Source: Cyanobacteria bacterium J06626_4
GTDB lineage: Bacteria; Cyanobacteriota; Cyanobacteriia; Phormidesmidales; Phormidesmidaceae
Assembly (NCBI GenBank): GCA_038523235.1
Contig: JBCBJQ010000042.1
Location: forward strand, 1-44,686
DNA length: 44,686 nt
Reading direction: 5' to 3'
Position numbers and translations under genes: made by a program. The notes under the pieces are model-generated. The model saw only the letters and a program-made list of their open reading frames with translations, did no database searches and had not been told where the DNA came from. Shown in pieces: positions 29,428-38,895 of the stretch. Each line of letters opens with the position of its first letter. Positions within the stretch are counted from its first letter, which is position 1.

Positions 29428-30753
29428 CTATCGCGTATGAGGCGGCAGCGGAGCATTCACCGGTGTTTCGGCCGCCGGTGCCATTTGAGGTGACATGTCT
29501 GCGGCATAGGGCAAGAGCCCTCGATTTTCGAGCACCACTTGCTTGAACAACAATTCATAGCGATTGAGCGCCTGTTCAAACGAATATTCGTGCATTGCAT
29601 GACGACGCCCTTGCTGCCCCAAACTCTCAGCGAGTTGCGGGTTCTCATAAAGATTTTGCACTGCCTGCGCTAAATCTTCGGGATCCTCTGGCTTGACGAC
29701 CAAGCCACCGCCACTCGCCCGAATCGCTTGCGCTGCCGTACCGTGCGCAGGAACGGCAGCCAAGATCGGGCGGCCGCTCGCGAGCAACACCTGCGTTTTG
29801 GATGGCATGTTGAAGCCGACTACATTTTTTTTCTGCACAATCAAGCCGACATCAGCGGCAGCTAACATTTCGGGCAATTCTGCGCGGGGGGCAAAGGGGC
29901 GCAGCAGGACGTTGTGGATACCAAGTTCTTGTCTGAGCTCGTCTAAGTCTGACAACTGGCTTTCTTCACCCACAATGACAAAGACCAGATTCTCCAGATG
30001 TTGCAGCTTCGCAGCCGCTCGAATGACAGTTTGAATCCCTTGTGTACGAGCAATATTGCCAGAGTAAAGCACCACAAACTTATCGCCAAGGCCATTCGCC
30101 TGGCGAAACGCGTTATTGTACTTGTCCATCGGTCGAATGAAATTCACATCTACCCAGTTCGAGATGATATTCATCTTGCTGTTGGGAACGCCCTTACCCA
30201 GCAAATTTTGGCGAAAGCCTTCGGCAATCACGCTAATCCGGGTGGAAGAACGATAGGCAAAATTTTCGAGCGTTTCGAACACTCGAATCGCAAAGCGATT
30301 GCTGATCAACCCGGTTTGAATTGCCGCTTCTGGCAAAATGTCTTGTAAATTAAGCACCGTTGGGCAGCGATAGAGGAGCTTGAGCAGCGCCACAGGCACC
30401 GAGACAGGTAATGAAGGACTAGTATACAAAATGACATCCGGTCGCCAACCTTGTAGCGATTTCAGAAAACTGAGTCCCACAAAGCTGCCTTCTAACAGAA
30501 ATCTAGTCAGCAGTCCGGGATTGGGGCGAATCCATACGTAACAGCGCTGAATCGTGACGCCGTTGCGCTCTTCGGTGATGTACCCTTTGCCTCGATAAGC
30601 TGGGTAGATTTTGCGTTCTGGATAGTTCGGCATTGCCGTCACCACCCGCACCTCATGACCACGCTTCACTAAACCTTCTGCCAACTCAGTCATTAGGGGA
30701 GCAATCCCAATGGGTTCAGGATGGTAGTTGTAGGAGTAGATTAAGATTCGCAT
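29428..30753 (-). CDS. Glycosyltransferase family 4 (WcaI-like)
   Basis: MRILIYSYNYHPEPIGIAPLMTELAEGL, VVTAMPNYP, VVLYSGNI and NMPSK motifs of the GT-B fold. Confidence 0.9.
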   Translation of the reverse strand: MRILIYSYNYHPEPIGIAPLMTELAEGLVKRGHEVRVVTAMPNYPERKIYPAYRGKGYITEERNGVTIQRCYVWIRPNPGLLTRFLLEGSFVGLSFLKSLQGWRPDVILYTSPSLPVSVPVALLKLLYRCPTVLNLQDILPEAAIQTGLISNRFAIRVFETLENFAYRSSTRISVIAEGFRQNLLGKGVPNSKMNIISNWVDVNFIRPMDKYNNAFRQANGLGDKFVVLYSGNIARTQGIQTVIRAAAKLQHLENLVFVIVGEESQLSDLDELRQELGIHNVLLRPFAPRAELPEMLAAADVGLIVQKKNVVGFNMPSKTQVLLASGRPILAAVPAHGTAAQAIRASGGGLVVKPEDPEDLAQAVQNLYENPQLAESLGQQGRRHAMHEYSFEQALNRYELLFKQVVLENRGLLPYAADMSPQMAPAAETPVNAPLPPHTR

Positions 30754-31054
30754 TGACGCTAGATATCCTTGATGTGCTGATGACGGGTCAGGGAGAGAGC
30801 CGTGAGTTTGGCGCTGGTCGCTAGACGTGGCACCACGCGACTTCTCGCGAACAAAGATGGACGAATAGCCTCAAAAAGCTCGTGCATCTCTATACATATC
30901 CCGTAGATTGACGACGAATTCCTTAAATAGAGCCCGCCTTTATGAGAACTCAAAGCTTTGATTAAGATAGTAAAAAGGTAAGGAAGCTCTGATCTCGCTG
31001 TTAAGCATGCCCAGGCTGGCAAACAACAATACTGGTGTTTTTACGGCATTTCCT

Positions 31055-31091
31055 GTATCCCAGAGGCTATCTGCGGTAGCTTCTGGGATAC
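31055..31091. repeat. 15-bp inverted repeat (one mismatch)
   Basis: GTATCCCAGAGGCTA (31055-31069), 7-nt loop, TAGCTTCTGGGATAC (31077-31091). Confidence 0.85.
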
Positions 31092-31160
31092 TTCTAATAC
31101 ATGAAAACAGCTAATAATCGGTCTGTGTTCAGTAAGGTGCCTTATTCTTATTTTCCTAAA

Positions 31161-31205
31161 TAGCGCTCAGCATTTTGCATGTGCAGGGCAAAATGCTGAG
31201 CGCTA
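31161..31205. repeat. Perfect 18-bp inverted repeat
   Basis: TAGCGCTCAGCATTTTGC (31161-31178), 9-nt loop, GCAAAATGCTGAGCGCTA (31188-31205). Confidence 0.92.
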
Positions 31206-31350
31206 CTGATGATATGTGTGGTTTCGCGATCGCGGATAGATGTGCAGTTGAGAGCCGTTGTGTGAAGCTGTTAACAGCGGCCACTCGACTCGCCCAACTT
31301 AGTTTGAGAAAACCGCGTCGTTACCTAGACCTATCAGCAGAGAAATCGCC

Positions 31351-32439
31351 ATGACTCAGTCGAACGATCGCTGGAATCCTCTTAGACTGGTAGATACGTT
31401 GAACTTCTTTGGTGAAGTTCCGCTAGTTGGCAATTTTCGATGGTTACAGCATATGTTTGGCGCTGCTGCAAATCCCCAAGCCCCTGCGGCCGATGTCCTA
31501 GAACCGACAAGGGCGGTGGTGGTGCTATCTGAGGCAGGACCGGCAGCGGATGCCCTGAGAAAGATTTTGGAAGATCGAGGCATTGCGGTGCGATCGCAGC
31601 TATTGCCGCTGGATTCACCACTACCGCCAGCCGCTGCCAATCGTATCGTCAACACGCCAGCCGTGCTTTGGAAAGGCGTTCCCGACGACGAGGAATGTTT
31701 AGCAGCACAGATCGCCGATTTGCAGCAGCTCCCCGCGAGTGAAGAATATCCGCTGTTTGACTTTCGCACAGCGGCCTCAACAGTTCTGCAAGACGTTTGG
31801 GGGGCTGTAGATGATGTGGTCATGGGCGGGGCCAGTGCCAGTGGTCTGGCTCTGTTACCCGATTATGGACGGTTTGCGGGCAACGTCTCTACCGCCAACT
31901 CTGGCGGTTTTGCCAGCGTGCGCACCCGCAATTTTGAGCCACCTTTTGATTTGTCAGGCTGGCAGGGGGTGCGTTTAGTGGTGCGCGGCGACGGCCAACG
32001 TTATAAAGTCATTCTGCGCAACAGTCACAACTGGGATAGTTTGGCCTACTGTACTTCGATCGATACCGAAGCCGAACAGTGGATCGGTATCGACATTCCG
32101 TTTTCTGCCCTGCAGGCGACATTTCGTGCCAAAACCCAGTCAACAGCACCGCCACTGAATCCATCCACTATCTGCTCTTGGCAGCTGATGTTGAGCAAGT
32201 TTGAGTATGATGGCAACCAAAATCCGCACTTTCGCGCCGGCGCATTTTCACTCGATGTGCGATCGCTGGGAGTTTATCGCCAAGCGACAGCTCCCGTCAC
32301 GATCTTGATTGCCTCGTCATCGGAACAGGCTGCCACTTACACAACGTTGCTGGCACAGAGTGGCCTCGCCCATCAGGTATTGACCCACGATGAGCCAGAG
32401 TTTGCCATGAAGCTAGTGCAGGCTTTACCCAGCCGTTGA
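31351..32439 (+). CDS. CIA30-domain protein (complex I intermediate-associated protein 30 family)
   Basis: WGAVDDVVMGGAS, VSTANSGGFASVR, VRGDGQRYK and QLMLSKFEYDG motifs. Confidence 0.88.
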   Translation: MTQSNDRWNPLRLVDTLNFFGEVPLVGNFRWLQHMFGAAANPQAPAADVLEPTRAVVVLSEAGPAADALRKILEDRGIAVRSQLLPLDSPLPPAAANRIVNTPAVLWKGVPDDEECLAAQIADLQQLPASEEYPLFDFRTAASTVLQDVWGAVDDVVMGGASASGLALLPDYGRFAGNVSTANSGGFASVRTRNFEPPFDLSGWQGVRLVVRGDGQRYKVILRNSHNWDSLAYCTSIDTEAEQWIGIDIPFSALQATFRAKTQSTAPPLNPSTICSWQLMLSKFEYDGNQNPHFRAGAFSLDVRSLGVYRQATAPVTILIASSSEQAATYTTLLAQSGLAHQVLTHDEPEFAMKLVQALPSR

Positions 32440-32475
32440 GCCGTTGTCAGCCCTTTGAGCTCGCTGCAGCGATCG

Positions 32476-32997
32476 CTATTGTAGGGTTGCAACCCCAAAG
32501 GTGGCGTTGAATTCCTGACACCAGACGGCCACAGACGCAAACGACTCAAGATCGATTTCTGCCGGCACGACATATTCTTGAACGCCGGTGGTCGCGGCTA
32601 AGGGCGCAATCACCACATAGTCTGCTTCGTCGATCGGATAGGCCGGCGGTGACGTTGCCGCCAGAATATCGGGCGATCGATGCAGCACCACAACTAGATC
32701 AGGCCCATCAGAACTGGAAAAGCTGTCATCGAAGCGCAAAGTCTGCTGCCCTCCGTCACTAATCAGTTCAACACCGCCAGTCGTATCATGCTCGGCGGCC
32801 ACAAAGGTACCGGTGCGGACGACGGGATCGGCGGTCTCGGTCGGAGTGGCGGGAGCAGAATCGGCAGATTGCGTTTGCTCGGTGGTGGGAGCAGCGTCGC
32901 TATTGGTGCTGGAAGCGTCAGGTGATGCTGTACAAGCGGTCGCTAGCATCATTGCGCATAGCGTTACACAACCTAGGGTGAAGCGAGAAGTCAACAT
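32476..32997 (-). CDS. DM13-domain lipoprotein
   Basis: Signal peptide with lipobox-like LATAC, S/T/P linker, and DM13 motifs GPDLVVVL and SVAVWCQEFNATFGVA. Confidence 0.85.
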   Translation of the reverse strand: MLTSRFTLGCVTLCAMMLATACTASPDASSTNSDAAPTTEQTQSADSAPATPTETADPVVRTGTFVAAEHDTTGGVELISDGGQQTLRFDDSFSSSDGPDLVVVLHRSPDILAATSPPAYPIDEADYVVIAPLAATTGVQEYVVPAEIDLESFASVAVWCQEFNATFGVATLQ

Positions 32998-33281
32998 GAT
33001 TAATAGCCTTGAAGTGAAGCTAATGCCACCTTAATTGGAAAGCGGTCGGGCAACCGCCTGAGAAAATCTTCAGAACAGAACTCGAGAATCATTAAAGAAC
33101 GGGTATTCCCAAATTAGTGGTGCCGTGTGGGTAATGATTTGTTGTCGCGATGGATAAAGTTCTACAGCCATCCGATGTGATTGCGTAGCCTTTTTGAGAA
33201 GGCTAAACTGCGCCGGACAAACCGCGAAACGCGCTGCCGCAGGGTACAGTTAAAGCTCTGATAGCTGATTTTGCCTCTGTA

Positions 33282-33351
33282 GCAGAAGTCGGAGTTGGAA
33301 AGCCTGTCAGAAAACGGTTTCAGGCATCTGGAGTGACCGAGTCAAACTGCG
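33282..33351. repeat. Dispersed repeat, copy 1
   Basis: GCAGAAGTCGG-AGTTGGAA...TTTCAGGCATCTGGAGTGACCGAGTCAAACTGCG; second copy at 39112-39191. Confidence 0.85.
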
Positions 33352-33586
33352 GCGTGCGATGGCAATAGTCGGTCAATCAACTCTCGGGTGGACTGGTCGA
33401 GCCGCTGATTGGTCGGATGGTCGACGCACTGGTAACGGCATTGACAGCATAGATAGCGCTGTTTACCCGGATGGATGACCGTTTTTGATGGTAAGGGTGG
33501 TTTGGCATTGAGGGCAGATGGCATCGTCTCCAGTGGGGGCTTCACGATCGCCCTAGCAAACTCGTCATTAAGCCCAGGACACTACC
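33352..33586 (-). pseudogene. IS1-family left-end relic with frameshifted InsA zinc ribbon
   Basis: Minus strand begins GGTAGTGTCC (IS1-type terminus). Joining frames gives M-P-I-CPQC...IKNGH-IHPGKQRYLCCQCRYQ...TRELIDRLL, then truncation. Confidence 0.75.
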
Positions 33587-33690
33587 AAACTCTGATTAAC
33601 ATTAAAAGTTGCAGTATCCAAATCTTTGAGTGCTTGATGATTCATTCGCTAGATCTTCTGAGCTTTGCCAGGCACTGGTGGGATGAGCCT

Positions 33691-33930
33691 TTAATCGGCT
33701 GGGGTGACATCGTTGAGTGGCCACCGATAATCCACTTTGAGCTGCAGGCGATCGCAGTGTTCTTCGAGCTGCCGTTGCTGTGACAGTGCCTTGCGTAGAG
33801 TACTGATCAGCTCGCTGACTTCTAGTTTGAGCGACGGTTCTTGGTAGGCAGCAAATAGAGTTTGCTGCTCCAGCAGCTGCAGCAGCAACTCGTAATGTAC
33901 GTGAGATGGGAGAGGTAGCGGCTCGCTCAT
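33691..33930 (-). CDS. Small conserved cyanobacterial protein (DUF5340-like)
   Basis: PLPSHVHYELLLQLLE and ELISTLRKALSQQRQLE motifs; directly downstream of trpC. Confidence 0.8.
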   Translation of the reverse strand: MSEPLPLPSHVHYELLLQLLEQQTLFAAYQEPSLKLEVSELISTLRKALSQQRQLEEHCDRLQLKVDYRWPLNDVTPAD

Positions 33931-33969
33931 GGAAACGTTGAACCTGTAGTGGCATAGCTGACAAAGGGT

Positions 33970-34851
33970 TTAGGGATATAGCTGAGCGATCGCCTCGGCC
34001 AAATCGGCTTGCCGCATCAGCGACTCGCCAACGAGGATGCCCTGCGCCCCAGCTGATTTGACCTGAGCCACGTCTTGGGGGGTATGAATACCTGATTCAC
34101 TGACAACAAAGATTTGCCGCTCTTGCAATTGAGCTTGGCGCGCCTGCAGTAATTGCTCAGTGGTGTCTAAAGACGTTTCAAAGGTTTCTAAATTGCGGTT
34201 GTTGATGCCGATGAGCTGAATCGGGTCGATCGCTAAAACCCGGTCAAGTTCTGCTAGAGAATGCACTTCTACCAGGGCGCGCATTCCCAAGGCCTGAGCA
34301 ATTTTGGTGAAATAGCGTAGGTCAACGTCGCTCAAGATGGCCGCAATCAACAACACGGCATCGGCCCCTTTAACCCGTGCCAGATACATCTGATAGGGAT
34401 ACAGGATGAACTCTTTGCAGAGCAAGGGCGTATCGACGGCGGCGCGGACGGCGGCTAAATACTCAAAACTGCCTTGAAAGAAGGTTTCGTCGGTCAATAC
34501 TGATAGGCAGGCGGCTCCGCCCGTTTGGTAGGCTTGGGCGATAGCAACCGGCTCAAAGTCAGCGCGGATCACTCCGCGACTCGGTGAGGCTTTTTTGACC
34601 TCAGCAATCAGGGCGGGCGGGCGATCGCTCTGCTGCAGCGCGGCCAAAAAATCGCGCGTCGGAGGGGCACTGATCACCTCTCGCTGCAAATCGGCCAACG
34701 GCATCTGCTGGCGTAGCCGCGCCACCTCTTTTTCTTTTTGCCAGACGATTTTTTCTAGGATGTTTTGCGGCTCAGCATCTGGGGCCTTGATTTTGTACGT
34801 CAAACTTTGCACAGAGACTTCAGGGTAGGGCGACCGACGGCGAAACTGCAT
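33970..34851 (-). CDS. trpC: Indole-3-glycerol phosphate synthase
   Basis: [40 protein letters not shown] and LVGESLM motifs. Confidence 0.96.
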   Translation of the reverse strand: MQFRRRSPYPEVSVQSLTYKIKAPDAEPQNILEKIVWQKEKEVARLRQQMPLADLQREVISAPPTRDFLAALQQSDRPPALIAEVKKASPSRGVIRADFEPVAIAQAYQTGGAACLSVLTDETFFQGSFEYLAAVRAAVDTPLLCKEFILYPYQMYLARVKGADAVLLIAAILSDVDLRYFTKIAQALGMRALVEVHSLAELDRVLAIDPIQLIGINNRNLETFETSLDTTEQLLQARQAQLQERQIFVVSESGIHTPQDVAQVKSAGAQGILVGESLMRQADLAEAIAQLYP

Positions 34852-34863
34852 GGTGAAGGAACC

Positions 34864-36297
34864 TCAGGCGCTAACAACGGCGCGCTTAAACGCTTCATCC
34901 ATCACTTCTGAGAGCGTGGGATGAGTATGAACACAATAAGACAAAGCCGTGACCGTCTGCCCTTGGGAGATCGCATTAGCGGCTTCTTGAATCAAATCAG
35001 AGGCATGTAATCCGAGGATGTGAGCGCCTAAAATCTCACCGGTGTCTTTTCGGTAAATCACCTTGGCGAGACCGTCGGATTCACCTTCCGCTAGAGCCTT
35101 CGAGTTGCCCTTAAAGTAAGTCTTGACCGTGGCAATCTCAAACCCGTCGGCGTCAGCCATTTCCTTCGCTTGGGGCTCTGTCAGGCCGACAAAACTCACC
35201 TCAGGATGTGTAAACGCGGCGGCAGGAATGCTGCGATAGTTGACGGTTCGCGCTTCGCCACAGATATTGTCAACGGCCACGACCCCTTGGGCTGAGGCGG
35301 CGTGGGCCAGCATCATCTTGCCGGTGGCATCACCGATCGCCCACAGATGGGGCACCGGCTGGCCGTCACGCAAGACCCGCAGTTCGTCATCCACGGCGAT
35401 AAAGCCCCGGCGATCGGTTTCCAGGCCGACGCGCTCTAGGCCCAAATCTTTAGTAGCGGGAATGCGCCCTGTGGCCACCAGACAGGCATCCACCTCCAGC
35501 ACATCAACAACTTCCTGCGTTTCTCGATTGACCAGCTCGATGACGACCGGGGAGCCGGGCGTGACCTTCTTCGCCAACACACCGGCCCGTGTTTCCACAT
35601 CTCTGGGGCTAATCAATACTCGCTGGGCCACCTTGGCAATATCAGGATCAAAGGTCGGCATAATTTTGTCGAGGGCTTCGACGATAGTGACTTCGGAGCC
35701 TAAGGCGGTGTAAATGTCGCAAAATTCTAGCCCAATGTAGCCGCTACCAATGATCGCCACCCACTCGGGCAGCCACTCGAGCTGTAACGCGCCGTCGCTG
35801 GTGAACACCGTTTTATTATCGATTTCGATGCCCGGTGGCACAAAGGGAATCGAGCCCGGTGACAGCATCACATCTTGAGCCGTGAGGGTTTGATCGCCCG
35901 CTGCGGTCGTGACCACGACTTTTTGCTCTCCGGCAATTCGGCCCCAGCCTTCGATGATGTCGACGCCCAAGCGTTTTAGGCTGTTCGACATATCGCCCTT
36001 AATCTTGCTGACTAAGTTTTTGGCATGATCGGCGATCGCCTCCCGCTCAAAGGAAACATCGCCGACCTGAATGCCTAAAGATTTGAGGTGATGGCTATTT
36101 TGAAATTCTCGCACCCGTCCCGAAGCCGCGAGGAGGGCTTTGGACGGAATGCAGCCCCGATTGACACAGGTGCCCCCCATGTCAGCCGCTTCAATAATCG
36201 CGGTTTTGAGACCCCGGCGCACGGCGTGTAGGGCCGCGCCATGACCGCCGACCCCGGCACCAATAATGACCAAGTCATAGTCAAAGGCTTGACTCAC
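34864..36297 (-). CDS. lpdA: Dihydrolipoamide dehydrogenase
   Basis: [11 protein letters not shown] motif, [13 protein letters not shown] redox disulfide, IIGSGYIG and HPTLSE motifs; GTG start after GAGGAGAGAG. Confidence 0.96.
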   Translation of the reverse strand: MSQAFDYDLVIIGAGVGGHGAALHAVRRGLKTAIIEAADMGGTCVNRGCIPSKALLAASGRVREFQNSHHLKSLGIQVGDVSFEREAIADHAKNLVSKIKGDMSNSLKRLGVDIIEGWGRIAGEQKVVVTTAAGDQTLTAQDVMLSPGSIPFVPPGIEIDNKTVFTSDGALQLEWLPEWVAIIGSGYIGLEFCDIYTALGSEVTIVEALDKIMPTFDPDIAKVAQRVLISPRDVETRAGVLAKKVTPGSPVVIELVNRETQEVVDVLEVDACLVATGRIPATKDLGLERVGLETDRRGFIAVDDELRVLRDGQPVPHLWAIGDATGKMMLAHAASAQGVVAVDNICGEARTVNYRSIPAAAFTHPEVSFVGLTEPQAKEMADADGFEIATVKTYFKGNSKALAEGESDGLAKVIYRKDTGEILGAHILGLHASDLIQEAANAISQGQTVTALSYCVHTHPTLSEVMDEAFKRAVVSA

Positions 36298-36497
36298 AGC
36301 TCTCTCCTCAGCAATCGCAGCGAATTCTAGAGTATCGTTTGCTGCAGCGACTGGCTACCTGGCCAGTCGTCCTGCAGCTTTTCCATTCTTGACCAAAGTG
36401 GACAATTTCGACAGTGGGCATCCCTCTACCCAGCGGCCAGGTCACCAGTTGGCCCGGTTGGGGAGCCATGACCAGGCTGCCGGCAGGGCTCAAGACC

Positions 36498-37439
36498 CTA
36501 CGATCGCCCCAGCTTTGGCGCCCCACTGGGCGATGTTGTTGAGGGCGGCACAGGAGCCGTCACCGGCGGCACCGGCCAGGCGCGATCGCGAGCGCGGGCC
36601 AACAAATGGCGCTCCTGCGGCACCTTGACCCGCGTGGCTAAGCCGACCCGTTCTAACAGCTTGATAAAGCGATAGGTCGGGTCAGGCAAATAGACCACGC
36701 GATCGGCCCGCAGGGTAATGCCATGACGACTCGATGACGGAAACGTATGGTGCAAATTGTGCCAGCCTTCCCCCAGCGTTAGAGCCGCCACGAATCCGTT
36801 ATTGCGGCTCGTATCGTCAGTCTGAAAGGGCTGCTCGCCGACTAGATGACTGAGCGAGTTCACAGTTTGCACCCCGTGAAACAGCACTGTGGTGCTGAGG
36901 AAAAACGCCCCCAGATATTCCCAGCCTCCCAGCCAATAAGAGATAGCCCCCAAAGCCACTAAGGGCAGAAAATGCAGGCGATCGAGCCGCCGCAGAAAGG
37001 CATCATTTTCCACATCAGCGGGTAGCTTAGCAGGGAAAAACTGGCGCGATAACAGCCAGCCCCCCTGCGACCAATAAACCCCGTTGATCCCCTGCGGGGG
37101 GACATAGGGCGAATGGGGATCGTGCAGCTGATCCGCATGCTGATGATGGGCGAGGTGATGAGCTTTCCACCAGCTCGGCCCCATTTGCCCAGCGGCCGAC
37201 GCCACCACACAGCCCAGCCACAACAGCGGTTTCGGGGCCTGGTAGCTTTTGTGAGTCAGAAGGCGATGGTAGATACCCGTGGTCGCCAGCATCCGCAGCC
37301 CGTACCACAGCATTGCCCAGGCGATGGCCCCGGCTGACAAACCGGTGATGAATAGGAGCAGTGATCCCACATGGCTGATGAGGATCAGCGCTGGCCCAAG
37401 CAGATAGAGCACGACCGTCAGCGGAGAATATTGCCGCAT
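36498..37439 (-). CDS. Membrane fatty acid desaturase, delta-9 (DesC/OLE1)-like
   Basis: Three His boxes HRLLTH, HLAHH and GEGWHNLHH; DPHSP and VNSLSH motifs; TM segments. Confidence 0.88.
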   Translation of the reverse strand: MRQYSPLTVVLYLLGPALILISHVGSLLLFITGLSAGAIAWAMLWYGLRMLATTGIYHRLLTHKSYQAPKPLLWLGCVVASAAGQMGPSWWKAHHLAHHQHADQLHDPHSPYVPPQGINGVYWSQGGWLLSRQFFPAKLPADVENDAFLRRLDRLHFLPLVALGAISYWLGGWEYLGAFFLSTTVLFHGVQTVNSLSHLVGEQPFQTDDTSRNNGFVAALTLGEGWHNLHHTFPSSSRHGITLRADRVVYLPDPTYRFIKLLERVGLATRVKVPQERHLLARARDRAWPVPPVTAPVPPSTTSPSGAPKLGRS

Positions 37440-37815
37440 ATTTTTTTTGGTTGCCTGATATTTAGCAAACCTCAGTCTACCGGCATCTGCCTCTACTCAA
37501 ATCCTCCTAACGACAATTTACCTGACTCAAAGCTGATGGGGGGCGTTGATTTCAGTCTCACGCACAGCAAACGCGAGACGCCTGGCATCGATTGCCTTTC
37601 CCTGATGGCAAACGGCTTTTGCCCGATCACTGTTCTTCGTCGGTGGAACCCGGCTCAAATTTGAGGGTCTTAAAAAGTAGAACACGGCAATGCGTTGCGC
37701 AGAGAATCAGGACCGATCGATCGGCTTTCAGGTCTACGAAGGCAAGTCAATCGGTAACTCATCGCGGCATCACCTACACGCATTCATTGAAATATGGCTG
37801 ACTAAAAAACCGCAC

Positions 37816-38880
37816 ATGCAGAATTCCAGTTTTATACAAGAGGTCGTCCGGCTGACGAACCAGTTTCGGAACCGAAATGGTCTGGGCGTGCTCTCAGTAG
37901 ACACCGACCTGACTGAGGCGGCTCAGTCCTATTCAAAAACCATGGCGCTCGGAGACTTTTTTAGTCACATTGGGCCAGATGGCTCGCTGCCGTGGGATCG
38001 GGCGGAAGCGGCTGGGTACGACACCGGCATCGTTGGCGAAAACATTGGGGTGGGCTTTTCGACGCCAGACGAGATTGTGGACGCGTGGATTGATAGTGAC
38101 AGACACCGAGCCGCCATGCTCAATCCTCGATACAACGAGATCGGCGTGGGTTTCTACTTTCTGCGCAACGATACTGGCTCGGTCAATTACAACACTTACT
38201 GGACTCAACTGTTTGGCCAGGGCGATATCGAAGTCGTGGCGGCTGATGGCAGCGTCGCGGTATTTGATCCGGTGCAGTATGGGGCTTCACATAGTGATTT
38301 GATTGCCGCCTATGGCTACGATCCAGTCGCCTTTGAGCAGCACTACATCATTTTTGGCAGAGCCGAAGGTCGGATTAGCGATCGCTTCGATGAAGGGCGT
38401 TACTTAGCCTCTTATGACGACTTGATCGAAGCTTTTGGCTACGACCCCGCGACCGCAACCGCCCACTACATTCAATTGGGCCATCAGGAGGGCCGTTCAG
38501 ATGACGGGTTTCAGCCGCTGCAATATTTAGCATCCTACGGGGATCTCCTCACGGCTTTTGGGGCCAATGCTGAGTCGGCCACCCAACACTATATTCAGTT
38601 CGGCTATCGCGAAGGCCGCTCTGATGAGCTCTTTGATGCGGGTCGCTATTTAGCCTCTAACGCTGACTTGATCAACGCTTTTGGCTACGACACCGAGGGC
38701 GCAGCGGGCCATTACATTCTGTTGGGGATCAGCGAAAATCGTTCTACCACATCCTTTGACCCTGCCGCCTACTTAGGGCTGCATGCCGATTTGCAGTCAG
38801 CGTTTGGGAGTGACCTCACCGCCGCCACTCGACACTATATTCAGTTGGGGTTCCTTGAGGGCAGGGCGACAGGCCCTTAG
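37816..38880 (+). CDS. CAP (SCP) domain protein with five C-terminal 41-aa repeats
   Basis: CAP motifs LTNQFR, FFSH, GENIG, WIDSDRHRAAML, IGVG and YWTQLFG. Likely ATG at 37816; the ORF is open from 37690. Confidence 0.87.
   Translation: MQNSSFIQEVVRLTNQFRNRNGLGVLSVDTDLTEAAQSYSKTMALGDFFSHIGPDGSLPWDRAEAAGYDTGIVGENIGVGFSTPDEIVDAWIDSDRHRAAMLNPRYNEIGVGFYFLRNDTGSVNYNTYWTQLFGQGDIEVVAADGSVAVFDPVQYGASHSDLIAAYGYDPVAFEQHYIIFGRAEGRISDRFDEGRYLASYDDLIEAFGYDPATATAHYIQLGHQEGRSDDGFQPLQYLASYGDLLTAFGANAESATQHYIQFGYREGRSDELFDAGRYLASNADLINAFGYDTEGAAGHYILLGISENRSTTSFDPAAYLGLHADLQSAFGSDLTAATRHYIQLGFLEGRATGP
38263..38877 (+). repeat. Five tandem 123-bp (41-aa) coding repeats
   Basis: Consensus FDxxxYLASYxDLxxAFGxDxxxATxHYIxxGxxEGR; 5x123 = 615 bp, ending exactly at the stop codon. 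Confidence 0.92.
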
Positions 38881-38895
38881 GGAGCTGCGAGTCAA

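Noticed and set aside
26077..31225. Apparent 5-kb gap without HIP1 as evidence of foreign origin
   Set aside because: By my reading native genes also show multi-kb gaps (about 20760-24240), so it is not decisive without a statistical test.
36308..36526. 72-aa minus-strand ORF between the desaturase and lpdA
   Set aside because: It overlaps the desaturase end, has no recognisable motif, and probably spans the lpdA promoter.
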